From sequence record SRR20825010_3141: DNA of 49,826 nucleotides; one strand, written 5' to 3'. Positions 1 through 9,786 of the stretch are shown here, piece by piece. The notes under the pieces were generated by a model. That model had not been told where the DNA came from and searched no databases. It saw only the letters and a program-made list of their open reading frames with translations. Numbering within the stretch: position 1 is the first letter of the stretch; every line of letters starts with the position of its first letter. A program made the translations under genes and the position numbers.

Positions 1-24
1 CACCCCCTTTTTTTCCATAGTGAA

Positions 25-1152
25 ATGAGCGGCACCACTCCAAACGCCTCCTGTCACGGATTTCGGTTCTCAGAGGCGCGAGCTCTTATCTCCGATTTGC
101 AGCGTCCCAATCAAGCCATCTACTGGATTGACTTTTTGGGCTCGATTTTGGCGGGGCACGTGTTCCTCCACGGTATCTTTTTGTTGCCCTGGTTTTACGG
201 ATTCACACCGCAGGTTTGGGCTGGGATGGCCGTGTGCTATGTGTTGACACTCATCCTCTACATGCGGGCGTTGATGTTCATCCATGAACTGGTGCATTTA
301 CCAGAGAAAGGGTTCACCGCTTTTCGCATCGCATGGAACGCTCTTTGTGGAATTTTCTTCTTTGTGCCTTCGTTCCTTTACTATCCGCACGTCGACCACC
401 ATCGAAGAAAGCACTACGGGACTGAGCACGACGGTGAATATTTGCCTTTGAGCAACCGTGGGCCGTGGTTGATCGCAGTCTTCATCGGGCAAGCGTTGTT
501 TCTGCCCCTTCTGGCGATCTTTCGTTTTCTGGTCGTCAGCCCGGTGTGCTGGATCGTGCCGAGTTTGCGACCGCTCGTTCATCGTCACCTTTCGACCATG
601 GTCGTTGATCCCTTTTATGAACGTCCCGATGCATCTCCCAAGGTGATGCGAATCGTGTTGTTACAAGAAGCTTTGTGTTTTGCCTGGTGTGTGTGGTTCC
701 TGATTCGCGGCGGAATTTTGCGAGATCAATGGCTCGATCCGTTTTGGTTGATTGCTTATGCGGTTGGCGTCGGGATTCTCGTGCTGAACGAGGTTCGTAC
801 GCTGGGGGCTCATCGATGGACGAATGACGGTGGCGAGATGAGCTTTTCGGAACAGTTGCTGGACTCTGTGAACTATCCCAATCACGCTTGGGCCAGTGAA
901 CTATGGGGGCCAATTGGAACCCGTTTTCATGCCTTGCATCACTTGTTTCCAAGGCTGCCGTATCACAACTTGGGCAAAGCTCACCGGCGACTCACTGAAG
1001 GGTTGCCTGCTGATTCGATTTATCATCAGACTTCTGCGGAATCATTGTTCTCAGAGATCGCGGCGCTTTGGCGACGTTCGAGAGCCTCTGAACACGGCAA
1101 TGTCGTCCCGGCGGAGACGTCTGATTCCAACCATGTGGTTCCGTCAACTTGA
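25..1152 (+). CDS. Membrane fatty acid desaturase family protein
   Basis: Three histidine boxes (HELVH, HVDHH, HALHH) separated by hydrophobic transmembrane stretches; 375 aa. Confidence 0.85.
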   Translation: MSGTTPNASCHGFRFSEARALISDLQRPNQAIYWIDFLGSILAGHVFLHGIFLLPWFYGFTPQVWAGMAVCYVLTLILYMRALMFIHELVHLPEKGFTAFRIAWNALCGIFFFVPSFLYYPHVDHHRRKHYGTEHDGEYLPLSNRGPWLIAVFIGQALFLPLLAIFRFLVVSPVCWIVPSLRPLVHRHLSTMVVDPFYERPDASPKVMRIVLLQEALCFAWCVWFLIRGGILRDQWLDPFWLIAYAVGVGILVLNEVRTLGAHRWTNDGGEMSFSEQLLDSVNYPNHAWASELWGPIGTRFHALHHLFPRLPYHNLGKAHRRLTEGLPADSIYHQTSAESLFSEIAALWRRSRASEHGNVVPAETSDSNHVVPST

Positions 1153-2075
1153 GCGACCGTTCGCATACGCTCGGAGAAGCGAACATCGAATCGTTTGCTA
1201 CCCACACCGCCTACTTTTGTTGTCCCGCATGGGGCGTCAGAGAATGGCGATCGTTTGATCAGATCTCATTGCCCATCAGCGATCTGGGTTTTCGCCAGGG
1301 TGTGACCGCAGTCGAACGGCTTCGGACCTATGGCGGAATGGTATTCTGTGCCGAGCAGCATTTGCTGAGACTGCGTGAGACGCTTCGATTGTTGAAGATC
1401 GAAAATGGACCTTCCACCGGTCAGCTCGAGGGGTTGATTGAGGAATGTTTGAAATTGAACGCTGAGTTGGTCCGGCAGGTTGATGTGGGGATGACCATTT
1501 GGGTGACCGCGGGATCATCCAAGTTTGATCCCACCTGGGCTGTGCACCTCAACGCGATCGACCACGAGGCGGTGGCAATTCGTCAAATGCATGGTCAGCC
1601 CATCGTCATCACCAGTGTGGTCCAGCCACCGATGGAGTCGTGGCCTCGCCAGGCGAAAGTTCGAAATCGCTTGCACTACTATCTTGCTGATCTCGAAGCA
1701 AAGCAGGTCGATCCCGACGCGACGGGGATGCTGCTGGATTTGGACGGCAGTGTGACGGAGTCGAGTGTGGCGAACGTCGCGATTGTCCGCGAAGGTCGAT
1801 TGGTCGTCCCACCGGAAAAAAAAGTGTTAAAAGGAGTGACGATTGGCCTCCTTCGGGGGTGGGCGAATGTGCAGGGGATCTCGTGTCTGGAGTCGCCTTT
1901 AATGCCGGATGACCTTCATGCAGCTGATGAGATTTTGCTTGCAGGGACGGATACGGGCGTCTGGTTTGCCAGCAGGTGCGGGCAAGGGGAGGCACCGCGT
2001 CAAAGAGGGGCGGTCTGCCGAATGATGCAGGAAATATTATTGCGATCTGCGAACCGCCCGAACAGCGGGGTCTAG
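1149..2075 (+). CDS. PLP-dependent aminotransferase class IV (BCAT / D-amino acid aminotransferase / ADC lyase family)
   Basis: Motifs DLGFRQG, HLLRL, AKVRN (PLP lysine), ESSVANV, LKGVT. The TTG start overlaps the desaturase TGA (TTGA, 1149-1152). Confidence 0.8.
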   Translation: MSDRSHTLGEANIESFATHTAYFCCPAWGVREWRSFDQISLPISDLGFRQGVTAVERLRTYGGMVFCAEQHLLRLRETLRLLKIENGPSTGQLEGLIEECLKLNAELVRQVDVGMTIWVTAGSSKFDPTWAVHLNAIDHEAVAIRQMHGQPIVITSVVQPPMESWPRQAKVRNRLHYYLADLEAKQVDPDATGMLLDLDGSVTESSVANVAIVREGRLVVPPEKKVLKGVTIGLLRGWANVQGISCLESPLMPDDLHAADEILLAGTDTGVWFASRCGQGEAPRQRGAVCRMMQEILLRSANRPNSGV

Positions 2076-2502
2076 GCTTGCCTGGGGGCCCTAGGGGAAA
2101 TGTAGGGCTTGTCTTTCGTTAGGTCATTGCGCATATTCACCCGTCCGATGCAGGTAGTGTTCGCAAATGCGAATCAAAGTTCGGATTGATGTCACTTGCC
2201 CCGTGATGTCAACCACTTTGTAGGTGGTCCTGTGGGGACTGCATTGTGCCCCATTGGCAGTCTCCGCAGACCACCACTTTGAATCACATTGAAGTTTTTC
2301 GAAAACGCATTGGGTTTAGCCTTCTTGTCGAGCGGCATATTGCGAAAGTTGCGCCTTCGGTGCCCTATCTGAAGCGATACCTCAAGTGGTGTGATAAGAT
2401 CGCTCTCTCGAGGCATCGTATTGACGTGGAGTGGCTCTTGTGAATCCGAATCGATCGGGTTCAGCCTCGGTGCTTTCCTCCCCATAAGGGTCGAGGGTCG
2501 GA

Positions 2503-3279
2503 ATGGTCCAGCAGGTAACCGCCGCGATTCATCGATTGGCCTACCGTCGTCCATTCACGGAGGATCGACGGGTGGTGGATCGTTGGCTGAATACTCATTT
2601 CAGCGTTATCTTGACCACCGGCATGCTTGAGAGTGGATCGAATCGTTTTGATTCGCCCTCGATTGAGTTGCCAACCGAATCCCTGCGCGGGGCACTCACC
2701 GAACTGCGATTGGAGTCGGGTGTGTTCTTACTGGATCGCGAGCGGAGGTTGATCGCTTGGAACCAAGCTCTCGAAGATCTGTTCGTCGAGGTGGAGTTCA
2801 CCGCTACCGAAACGTTGCCATCCGGGTTGCCCGGCGAGATGGTTCAAATGTTGTTGGGTGGAAGCGAGTTGATCGCCCTGGGAGCGTTTGAATTGGACTA
2901 CTCGTTTCAATCCAAAGACGACCGCGGACGAATGTGTGTTTGGGATGTCAGTAGCATTCGGCGCGAGTTCCATTCGGGCGGCAGCGCAATCAGTGCAACG
3001 CTTGTTCGCCCGGTTGCGCTTTTAAAGGCTGATGCGACGGAAGAGGGTTTGTCGCTGAGTGAGTCGTTGTTGGTCTATCAACAATTCGACTCGGTCGATC
3101 GTCAAATTTGCGAAGCGATCGCGATGGGAGATACCACCGGGGACATCGCGACGATGGTCGGGCTGACTCGGCGTTCGGTCGAAGTTCGCCGTGCGAAGAT
3201 CCTGGAACGTTTGCAGTTCACGCGGCCGGTCGAGATTGTCCGGTTGTTGGTGCGTTTGGAAGAGAACGGCTTGCTTTAA
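2503..3279 (+). CDS. PAS-like domain plus C-terminal LuxR/FixJ-type HTH transcriptional regulator
   Basis: GVFLLDRERRLIAWNQALEDLF resembles a PAS start. The C-terminal GDTTGDIATMVGLTRRSVEVRRAKILERL matches a LuxR HTH. The start codon is uncertain. Confidence 0.7.
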   Translation: MVQQVTAAIHRLAYRRPFTEDRRVVDRWLNTHFSVILTTGMLESGSNRFDSPSIELPTESLRGALTELRLESGVFLLDRERRLIAWNQALEDLFVEVEFTATETLPSGLPGEMVQMLLGGSELIALGAFELDYSFQSKDDRGRMCVWDVSSIRREFHSGGSAISATLVRPVALLKADATEEGLSLSESLLVYQQFDSVDRQICEAIAMGDTTGDIATMVGLTRRSVEVRRAKILERLQFTRPVEIVRLLVRLEENGLL

Positions 3280-3334
3280 ACCGGCAAGCGTGGATACACG
3301 TTGCCAATGTTGCCACGAAAAACGCTAACAAGCA

Positions 3335-4198
3335 TCATGCAGGAGCGGTTTCGGTGATCTTGAGATTGAACGCGTTGTAGTCCGAAGCGATTCCGCGCGT
3401 TGCCAATCGATCTTGAATTGCACGTCCTCGTTCAATCACCAGCGACATCTCGTGGTCTTCAAGCAAGATTTCGAATTGGTCCGTCGCGAGGTGCCCAATC
3501 AAATAGTCGGATCCGAATTCATCTTTGATCGCCGAAACGATATCAGATAATTTGGTTTGAGCGTTGAACTTGATATCAACTCGAAGCACGTTTGAAGGTC
3601 TTCCCAAACGATTCGCACGTTCGCGTTCTCGTTGAATCAATCGGCTCCAACCTTCCCGGTTGAAGTAGCTCGTTGTCGGGTCAACCATTTGATGCAAGGA
3701 ATTGCGATCGCTTTTTCGCTGCAGCGATTGCAATTGCAATTCCATTGAAAGATAGCCACCCAGCAATCGAGCCAGCAGTTGGATCAACGGCAGGTGATCT
3801 TCGAACTGTTCTGATTGGATCTCCGGATCGATGCCACACAGCGTGCCAAACAATTCGCCATCGCGGTCCAGAATTGGGACGCCGGCGTAGGCAGCAATCG
3901 GAAGCTTTTGAGAGATTTTGGACTGAGCAAAGAGCGGGATCTGCTGAGCATGCCGGGCGATCTGAGGTGCCGTGCCTTCGATCATGTGCTGGCAATAAGA
4001 ATCGGACCACTGGATCATGTCGCCCGAGTCGACCGGATAAACGTCGTTGGGATCGGAGCGATCCAGGACGATCCAAGCTTCGTCCTCCGTGCGGGTGATC
4101 ATCCAAAGTGCCAACCCTGTGGTTGACTGGAGGTGCTCGAGAACTACGCGGCTTGCTTCACGAAAATTCATCGTGGGCGCGAGCAGATTCTGAATCAT
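3335..4198 (-). CDS. GAF domain protein with degenerate GGDEF-like C-terminal domain
   Basis: GAF signature SYC...AYAGVPI...GELFGTLCGID, then a coiled linker, DPTTSYFNR (DxLTG-like) and HLATDQF in place of RxGGDEF. Confidence 0.75.
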   Translation of the reverse strand: MIQNLLAPTMNFREASRVVLEHLQSTTGLALWMITRTEDEAWIVLDRSDPNDVYPVDSGDMIQWSDSYCQHMIEGTAPQIARHAQQIPLFAQSKISQKLPIAAYAGVPILDRDGELFGTLCGIDPEIQSEQFEDHLPLIQLLARLLGGYLSMELQLQSLQRKSDRNSLHQMVDPTTSYFNREGWSRLIQRERERANRLGRPSNVLRVDIKFNAQTKLSDIVSAIKDEFGSDYLIGHLATDQFEILLEDHEMSLVIERGRAIQDRLATRGIASDYNAFNLKITETAPA

Positions 4199-4458
4199 GG
4201 CAAGTCATTTGCAACATGGATGGTGATTCGAGCCCGTCTACCTTAACGAACCTGTGCACTTCCTCGCTCTGATTATGACAGAACGCGCAACGATCATACA
4301 CCCAAAATCTGACGTTCGATGTGCGCTTGATTATGCGAAAATTACATCTCCGTTGGGGGGGGCGGCGTGGCGGGGCCGGAAATGGGCGGTGGCCACAAAA
4401 TCGCGATTTCTCGCGGGCCCTGATTCTGCAAAGTCGCCAGACTCGTTATCTTACCACC

Positions 4459-4857
4459 ATGCCTGCGGATTCCGATCTCAATACGAACGAATGCCGAACT
4501 GCCATTCAGCAGCGTGACGCTGCTTCATTGGCGGATTGTCTGATGGCTCATTCGTACGTTTTGATTCATTTACGCGACGAAGACGACTCGGACGAACTTG
4601 GGGCTCTGACCGCCGAATTAGACGGTTCGCCTTATTTGGTGGCTTTCACCGGTCAGTCATCTGCGGCTGAATTTGTGGAGCTACGAGCGGACCTCTTTGG
4701 CGATGATGAAGTCGGTGGCTTCATCGTCGATGGAGAAACGTTGCTCGATTACATCGCCGAAGGCTACGGGTTGCTGCTCAATGCCGATCTGAAATCCATG
4801 TGCCGGGTTGACTCGGAATTGGTTTCCGATGTCCTCGACGAATTGAATTTGGACTGA
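4459..4857 (+). CDS. Acidic hypothetical protein, SseB N-terminal-like
   Basis: YLVAFT...GLLLN pattern recalls the SseB family. Start moved to ATG 4459 (MPADSD) because the upstream ORF extension is Arg/Gly-rich and not protein-like. Confidence 0.55.
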   Translation: MPADSDLNTNECRTAIQQRDAASLADCLMAHSYVLIHLRDEDDSDELGALTAELDGSPYLVAFTGQSSAAEFVELRADLFGDDEVGGFIVDGETLLDYIAEGYGLLLNADLKSMCRVDSELVSDVLDELNLD

Positions 4858-4923
4858 GCCCTTTACCGGGCACCGTCCTTCCGAAGTTTCGTATTGCCAG
4901 CTCGGATCCTTGAACCACCACGT

Positions 4924-6555
4924 TCAACCGATTCGCGGCGAGAAAAGTCGATTGAATTCAACTGCGGATCTTCGATCGCTCGGGCCGTCGATCACCGCGG
5001 GCTCGTCGAGTCCTAATTCCAAGCGATCTGACAACGGCACCAACGCGCGAAACGTTTCCAAGACCTGTGATTTTTCGTTTCTTAATTCATCGACCAAGTT
5101 GCGAAGTTTGTTCTTGGTTTCATTGGCGTCTCTTCGAGCACCGATGCCCATTTGGATTTGGTATCGCATGACCAACGCGAGTGCGCGATAGAGTCGCGAC
5201 GTGTTGGCGGATTGTTCGACCCCGGAAAGCGCCGCCGATGCTTCGGGCCAGCGTTGCTCGTCGATCAGCAATCGGGCAAGCTGCAGTGCCGCTTTCAAAT
5301 GATAGATTTCCTCTTCGGGAGTGATCTCATCTTTGGGAAAGTAATCCTCCACCGCTTTCCATGCCGGCACGCTGTCCAACGAGATGGCTTGCCAATATTG
5401 ATCTTCGATACTGGCGGTGCGCGTGACCCTGGGGACTCCGATGGTTTGAGCAACCGATGGAGCTTGGGTCCAGATCGCGATTCCCCATCCAGCCAGCGCG
5501 GCAATGGCTGCTAACGCGATGACACCGACCCACCGCATCGTGTCGTGTCGTCGATCGTTTGCAATCGCATCGGTGACTCGTTGAAGTTGAATCGTCGCGG
5601 AGGTGGATCCCAAATAATTCACAGCCGCGGATGTGCGATCGGAATCGATTGAAGTCGTTCCATTGGAGCCCGAGCCGTTTCCGACTGGCGTTGCCGGCAA
5701 GCCAGATTCGGAAGGCGACAGGTTGGCTCGAATGACGTCGAGCAGCTCCATCGCGGATGCGAATCGTTCACCCGGTGTCTTTCGCAGCAAACGCATGATT
5801 GTGGCGACCAACCAAGGCGGTAGGTCGGACGATCCGCGAGCATGGTCGAGCGGTTGCGGCATTTCGTGCAAATGCTTGACAGCCAACGCCAGGGGTTCTT
5901 CGGCATCAAAGGGTGGCTGACCGGCCAGCAAGTGATACAAGGTCACGCCGAGCGAATAGAGGTCGCTTCGGCCGTCGACCTTGTGCCCTTGGATTTGTTC
6001 GGGACTCATGTAGCGAGGTGTGCCGAGTGTCAAACCCGCTCGAGTCAGATCCACCGCACTGGCGTCGGTGTTGGATAGCACACGTGCCAACCCAAAGTCG
6101 GTGACTTTGATCGCGCCGTCACCCGAACGCATGATGTTCTCAGGCTTGATGTCGCGGTGAGTGACTCTAGCAGCATGGGCGACCACGAGCGCCTCCGTCA
6201 CACAGCGAAGAATTTCGATTCCTTCCTTCGCGGTGAATTGCCCTGATTTCTGCAAGCACTGTTTGAGGTTTGAACCGTCGATCAACTCTTGCGCGATGAA
6301 GTGGGTGCCCTGATGGTCACCGATTTCATACACCTGAACGATGCTGGGATGATTGAGGCAGGCCGCGGCTTGTGCTTCACGTTCGAATCGTTGCAGATCT
6401 TCTTGGCTGGTTTGTGGTGTGCGTCGCAACACTTTCAGCGCGGCATCCCGTCGGAGCTTCAGATGTTTGGCCGCGTAAACATCCGCCATGCCACCGCTGC
6501 CCAAGCGGCGCAAGACTTGGTAGTCACCCACGCGACAGCCAACTAGATCGCTCAC
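4924..6555 (-). CDS. Hanks-type Ser/Thr protein kinase with transmembrane helix and helical (TPR-like) C-terminal domain
   Basis: GSGGMADV, ALK, HRDIKPEN, DFG, GTPRYMSPEQ, DLYSLG; TM segment WVGVIALAAIAALAGWGIAIW. The GTG start overlaps the larE stop. Confidence 0.93.
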   Translation of the reverse strand: MSDLVGCRVGDYQVLRRLGSGGMADVYAAKHLKLRRDAALKVLRRTPQTSQEDLQRFEREAQAAACLNHPSIVQVYEIGDHQGTHFIAQELIDGSNLKQCLQKSGQFTAKEGIEILRCVTEALVVAHAARVTHRDIKPENIMRSGDGAIKVTDFGLARVLSNTDASAVDLTRAGLTLGTPRYMSPEQIQGHKVDGRSDLYSLGVTLYHLLAGQPPFDAEEPLALAVKHLHEMPQPLDHARGSSDLPPWLVATIMRLLRKTPGERFASAMELLDVIRANLSPSESGLPATPVGNGSGSNGTTSIDSDRTSAAVNYLGSTSATIQLQRVTDAIANDRRHDTMRWVGVIALAAIAALAGWGIAIWTQAPSVAQTIGVPRVTRTASIEDQYWQAISLDSVPAWKAVEDYFPKDEITPEEEIYHLKAALQLARLLIDEQRWPEASAALSGVEQSANTSRLYRALALVMRYQIQMGIGARRDANETKNKLRNLVDELRNEKSQVLETFRALVPLSDRLELGLDEPAVIDGPSDRRSAVEFNRLFSPRIG

Positions 6556-7490
6556 GAAAGTGCCTTTGTGCCGTTGGGGGAAGACTCGCCGTGACTTGGT
6601 TGGCGAGACGACAATGAATTGGACATAGAAGATGAATTGGACACGGAAATCGGCCGGTCGGGTGTCAGTTGAACCAGTTCAGGTTCGGACAATCCTCGGT
6701 TTTGACTTCCGCTGGACAGGCCACCTAACTCCAAGGTGACATATCGAAAGCCCATTGTAATGAATGAGCCAACCAAATCTTCGTTTTGTGTCCAATCCAG
6801 GACCTTGGCAAACTCATGTTGGGGAACTTCGATTCTGGCCAATTCGTCTGCGTGCAGCCGAACCCGGCAATCCGAGACGCCACGTTCGCGGAGCCATGCT
6901 TCGGCAGTTTCAATCCGTTGCAATCGTTCGGGTGTGACTTCAACGTGATACGCGATGCGGCTGGCCAGACATGGGGAAGCCGGAAGGTCAGCATTCTCCA
7001 AATCGAAATGAGCGGCCAATTGGCGGACCGCCGACTTGCCAATTCCCAGATCGGCCAACGGTGTTTGGACACGAGCCTGAGTGCCCGCGGTGATGCCCGG
7101 ACGGTGATCACCTAGGTCATCCGCGTTGGTTCCGGAGACGATCGTTGCACCGCGTTGCTCCGCGATTGGCGTTAGGAATTCATAAAGCGTTTGTTTGCAA
7201 TAGAAGCAGCGGTCCGAGTGGTTCCGCCGGTAAGACGATCGGTCCGATTCATCGGTCGAAACAAACTGATGCGCGATTCCAACTTGCTCGGCCACGCGGC
7301 GAGCCCAATCCAGTTGCCACCGAGCGACGGCCGGTGACTGAGCAGTGACTGCAACAACATCGCGACCCGTTCGATGCGCCGCCGCCGCAACAACGCTGCT
7401 GTCGACGCCACCCGAAAACGCAACAACCAATCCGCCCATCTCTTTCAAGTGAGCGATCAGTTGGTCGGCAAGTTGTTGAACATCGGTCAT
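6552..7490 (-). CDS. larE: LarE-family ATP-dependent sulfur transferase (PP-loop)
   Basis: AFSGGVDS PP-loop, RCFYCK, GTNADDLGDHRPG, SPCLASRI, RVRLH, ARIE. ATG 7490 overlaps the upstream stop (ATGA). Confidence 0.85.
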   Translation of the reverse strand: MTDVQQLADQLIAHLKEMGGLVVAFSGGVDSSVVAAAAHRTGRDVVAVTAQSPAVARWQLDWARRVAEQVGIAHQFVSTDESDRSSYRRNHSDRCFYCKQTLYEFLTPIAEQRGATIVSGTNADDLGDHRPGITAGTQARVQTPLADLGIGKSAVRQLAAHFDLENADLPASPCLASRIAYHVEVTPERLQRIETAEAWLRERGVSDCRVRLHADELARIEVPQHEFAKVLDWTQNEDLVGSFITMGFRYVTLELGGLSSGSQNRGLSEPELVQLTPDRPISVSNSSSMSNSLSSRQPSHGESSPNGTKALS

Positions 7491-8545
7491 GAACGGCGAC
7501 TCGCCATTTGCATTTCGCAAATCGTCAAAGCATCGGTTGCGAGTTGTGCGTCAAGCACGGGATGCAAGGGACCGCCCGCGACGACCGCTGCGGCCGCATC
7601 GATCTCACTGACGAAACCATCAATCGGATCTTGCTCGCCCAAGTCGGGGCGTTCTAGTTGTCCATCGTTGTGCATGACAGTCAGAGGAATCGTGTCCGAC
7701 GAACCATCGCCATATGCGGCGAATTCAAAACGCACCGTGGCCTTTTCGAATGAGACCTCATAACCATGGGTGAATCCGCGAGCCGGGGAGTCGATCACTC
7801 CGCCGGCCAGACTGACCACGGGGGTGACACCATCAGAATTGGCTGACTGAGAATATTCCAGAATCGTTTCGTATCGCTTGGGAACGCCTTGTTGGTTGTG
7901 GCTGACGCAGTGAGCCGCCGCTGGCATTCCGAACAACACGCGAGCCAAGTGGGCGTCATGAACCTGCAAGTCGATCAGGGGACCGCCAACTTTTTCGGGG
8001 TCATAGAAATCAGGAATCCAATCCGGTGGACTGATCGTCCGAGAGAATCGACCTGTGATGGGATCGCCAAAGCGACCGTCGGATTTTGCTTCGACAAGGA
8101 AGCGAAAGGCGGGCATGAATGGCAGAATATGAGCGACCATCAATTGCCCTGGTTCAGCAACGTTCAGAAGCGAACGTGCCGCGTCCGATGTCAATGCGAG
8201 CGGTTTCTCACACAGCACTTTCTTGCCGGAGGCCAAGATTTTTTTGATGGCATCGACGTGAAGATGAGGTGGCAAACACACATCGATCAAATCGATGGAA
8301 TCATCTTCCAAGAGTCCGTCCAGGTTCTCGCTGACGTTTAGTCCGGACACATCCCATTGTTCACCGGGCGGTCCAAAGTTGCCCTGGATACCTCGCCAAT
8401 CACCTGCTCGCTTTTTTGCATCTCGGCTAGCAAAACCAACCAACTCCGCGGTCGTACTGCGTTGGTAAGCGAGCGTGTGGATCCAACCCATGAATCCGAC
8501 GCCCAAAATGGCGGCACGCATGGGGGTGTTGGCGTTCGAAGACAT
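7487..8545 (-). CDS. Gfo/Idh/MocA family NAD(P)-dependent oxidoreductase
   Basis: ILGVGFMGWIH Rossmann motif, CEKPLA, GGPLIDLQVHD. Start placed at ATG 8545 (or 8521). Confidence 0.88.
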   Translation of the reverse strand: MSSNANTPMRAAILGVGFMGWIHTLAYQRSTTAELVGFASRDAKKRAGDWRGIQGNFGPPGEQWDVSGLNVSENLDGLLEDDSIDLIDVCLPPHLHVDAIKKILASGKKVLCEKPLALTSDAARSLLNVAEPGQLMVAHILPFMPAFRFLVEAKSDGRFGDPITGRFSRTISPPDWIPDFYDPEKVGGPLIDLQVHDAHLARVLFGMPAAAHCVSHNQQGVPKRYETILEYSQSANSDGVTPVVSLAGGVIDSPARGFTHGYEVSFEKATVRFEFAAYGDGSSDTIPLTVMHNDGQLERPDLGEQDPIDGFVSEIDAAAAVVAGGPLHPVLDAQLATDALTICEMQMASRRS

Positions 8546-8719
8546 ACACTGACCTGGCAAAAGGAGGGACGACGGCACACGGTCGATTTGCCTTCGGCTG
8601 AGGAAGGATGGCGATCCGCGTGTTTGCACCGCCGGTGATCGAAGTTTGGAGGGATAGCAAAGCGAAGTGATTCGAGTGGAAGCCGTGCAAACGCAACGAC
8701 TCAATCCGATTGGTGGCGA

Positions 8720-9460
8720 CTACACGGTTACCAGTTGAGCTTTTTGGAGTTTGGTCAATTCGGCGATACCAATTTTTCCCAAACGCAGAAGTTCTGCCAA
8801 TTGAACGTCGTCAAACGTGGCTTCTTCGCCGGTGCCTTGCAGTTCAATGAAGCGACCCGAACCGGTCATGATCACATTCATGTCGACGTCGGCAGCCGAG
8901 TCCAGTCGGTAGTCCAGATCCAAGACGACATCTTCGCCGATGACACCCACGCTGATCGCCGCGACAGAATCGCGAAGAACGGCGGTTGGGTCGACGGGAG
9001 GATCGAGTTCAGGAATCGCCGCCAATTGCGACACTGCTAAAGACAATGCGATGTAGCCGCCGGTGATCGAAGCGGTGCGGGTGCCGCCATCGGCTTGAAG
9101 AACGTCACAATCGACCGTAATGGAACGTTCACCCAGGGCATGCAAATCAACGATCGCCCTCAGACTGCGTCCGATCAAACGTTGAATTTCTGTCGTCCGG
9201 CCGTCCACTTTGCCGCTCCGGTCGCGTCGCTTTCGTGGGCTCGTGCTGCCCGGCAACATGTTGTATTCGGCGGTCACCCACCCTTTGCCCCGACCTTCCA
9301 TCCACGGCGGAACGTTCGTTTCGACCGATGCTGTGCAAAGCACGATCGTTTTACCGCTTTTGTAAAGGACGCTGGCGGGGTTGGATTCCAAGTACCCGCA
9401 TTCGATTTCGACGGGGCGGATTTGATCGTGGGGGCGGGCAGAATCGGTGGCGGAGTTCAT
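8720..9460 (-). CDS. rph: Ribonuclease PH
   Basis: GKGWVTAEYNMLPGST, GRTTEIQRLIGRSLRA, DCDVLQADGGTRTASITG, ELQGTGE. Confidence 0.96.
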   Translation of the reverse strand: MNSATDSARPHDQIRPVEIECGYLESNPASVLYKSGKTIVLCTASVETNVPPWMEGRGKGWVTAEYNMLPGSTSPRKRRDRSGKVDGRTTEIQRLIGRSLRAIVDLHALGERSITVDCDVLQADGGTRTASITGGYIALSLAVSQLAAIPELDPPVDPTAVLRDSVAAISVGVIGEDVVLDLDYRLDSAADVDMNVIMTGSGRFIELQGTGEEATFDDVQLAELLRLGKIGIAELTKLQKAQLVTV

Positions 9461-9786
9461 GCGTTGAGTGGGCTTCGCGAGCAGGGAGATGGTGAAACCG
9501 GCAGCCTATCTGACTTTGGGCCTTCGATGGATAGGCGATGCCCAAAAAGAAGGTTGGCACGGCAAGTGCTCAAAGGCATCAGCCAAAGTCAGACCTCGGC
9601 GGAAGTTCGTTTTTTTGAGGCGCCCGCGCGAAAATTGGGCGGTGTCGAGAGCCGAAAGTCGATTGTTATGAGAAGGATTGATGAAGCCAAGGTTAAATTG
9701 ATGTTTGTGCTGAAGGTCATCGGTTGGTAACGTTAATTTAACGGAATGTTAACTTTGGCCCCGTTGTTGTGCCCTCGGAGGTGTTT

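Noticed and set aside
2192-2630. Small ORFs upstream of the LuxR gene as a possible frameshifted N-terminus
   Set aside because: They are in different frames, an in-frame TAA sits at 2485, and none resembles a receiver or sensor domain, so a pseudogene call is unsupported.
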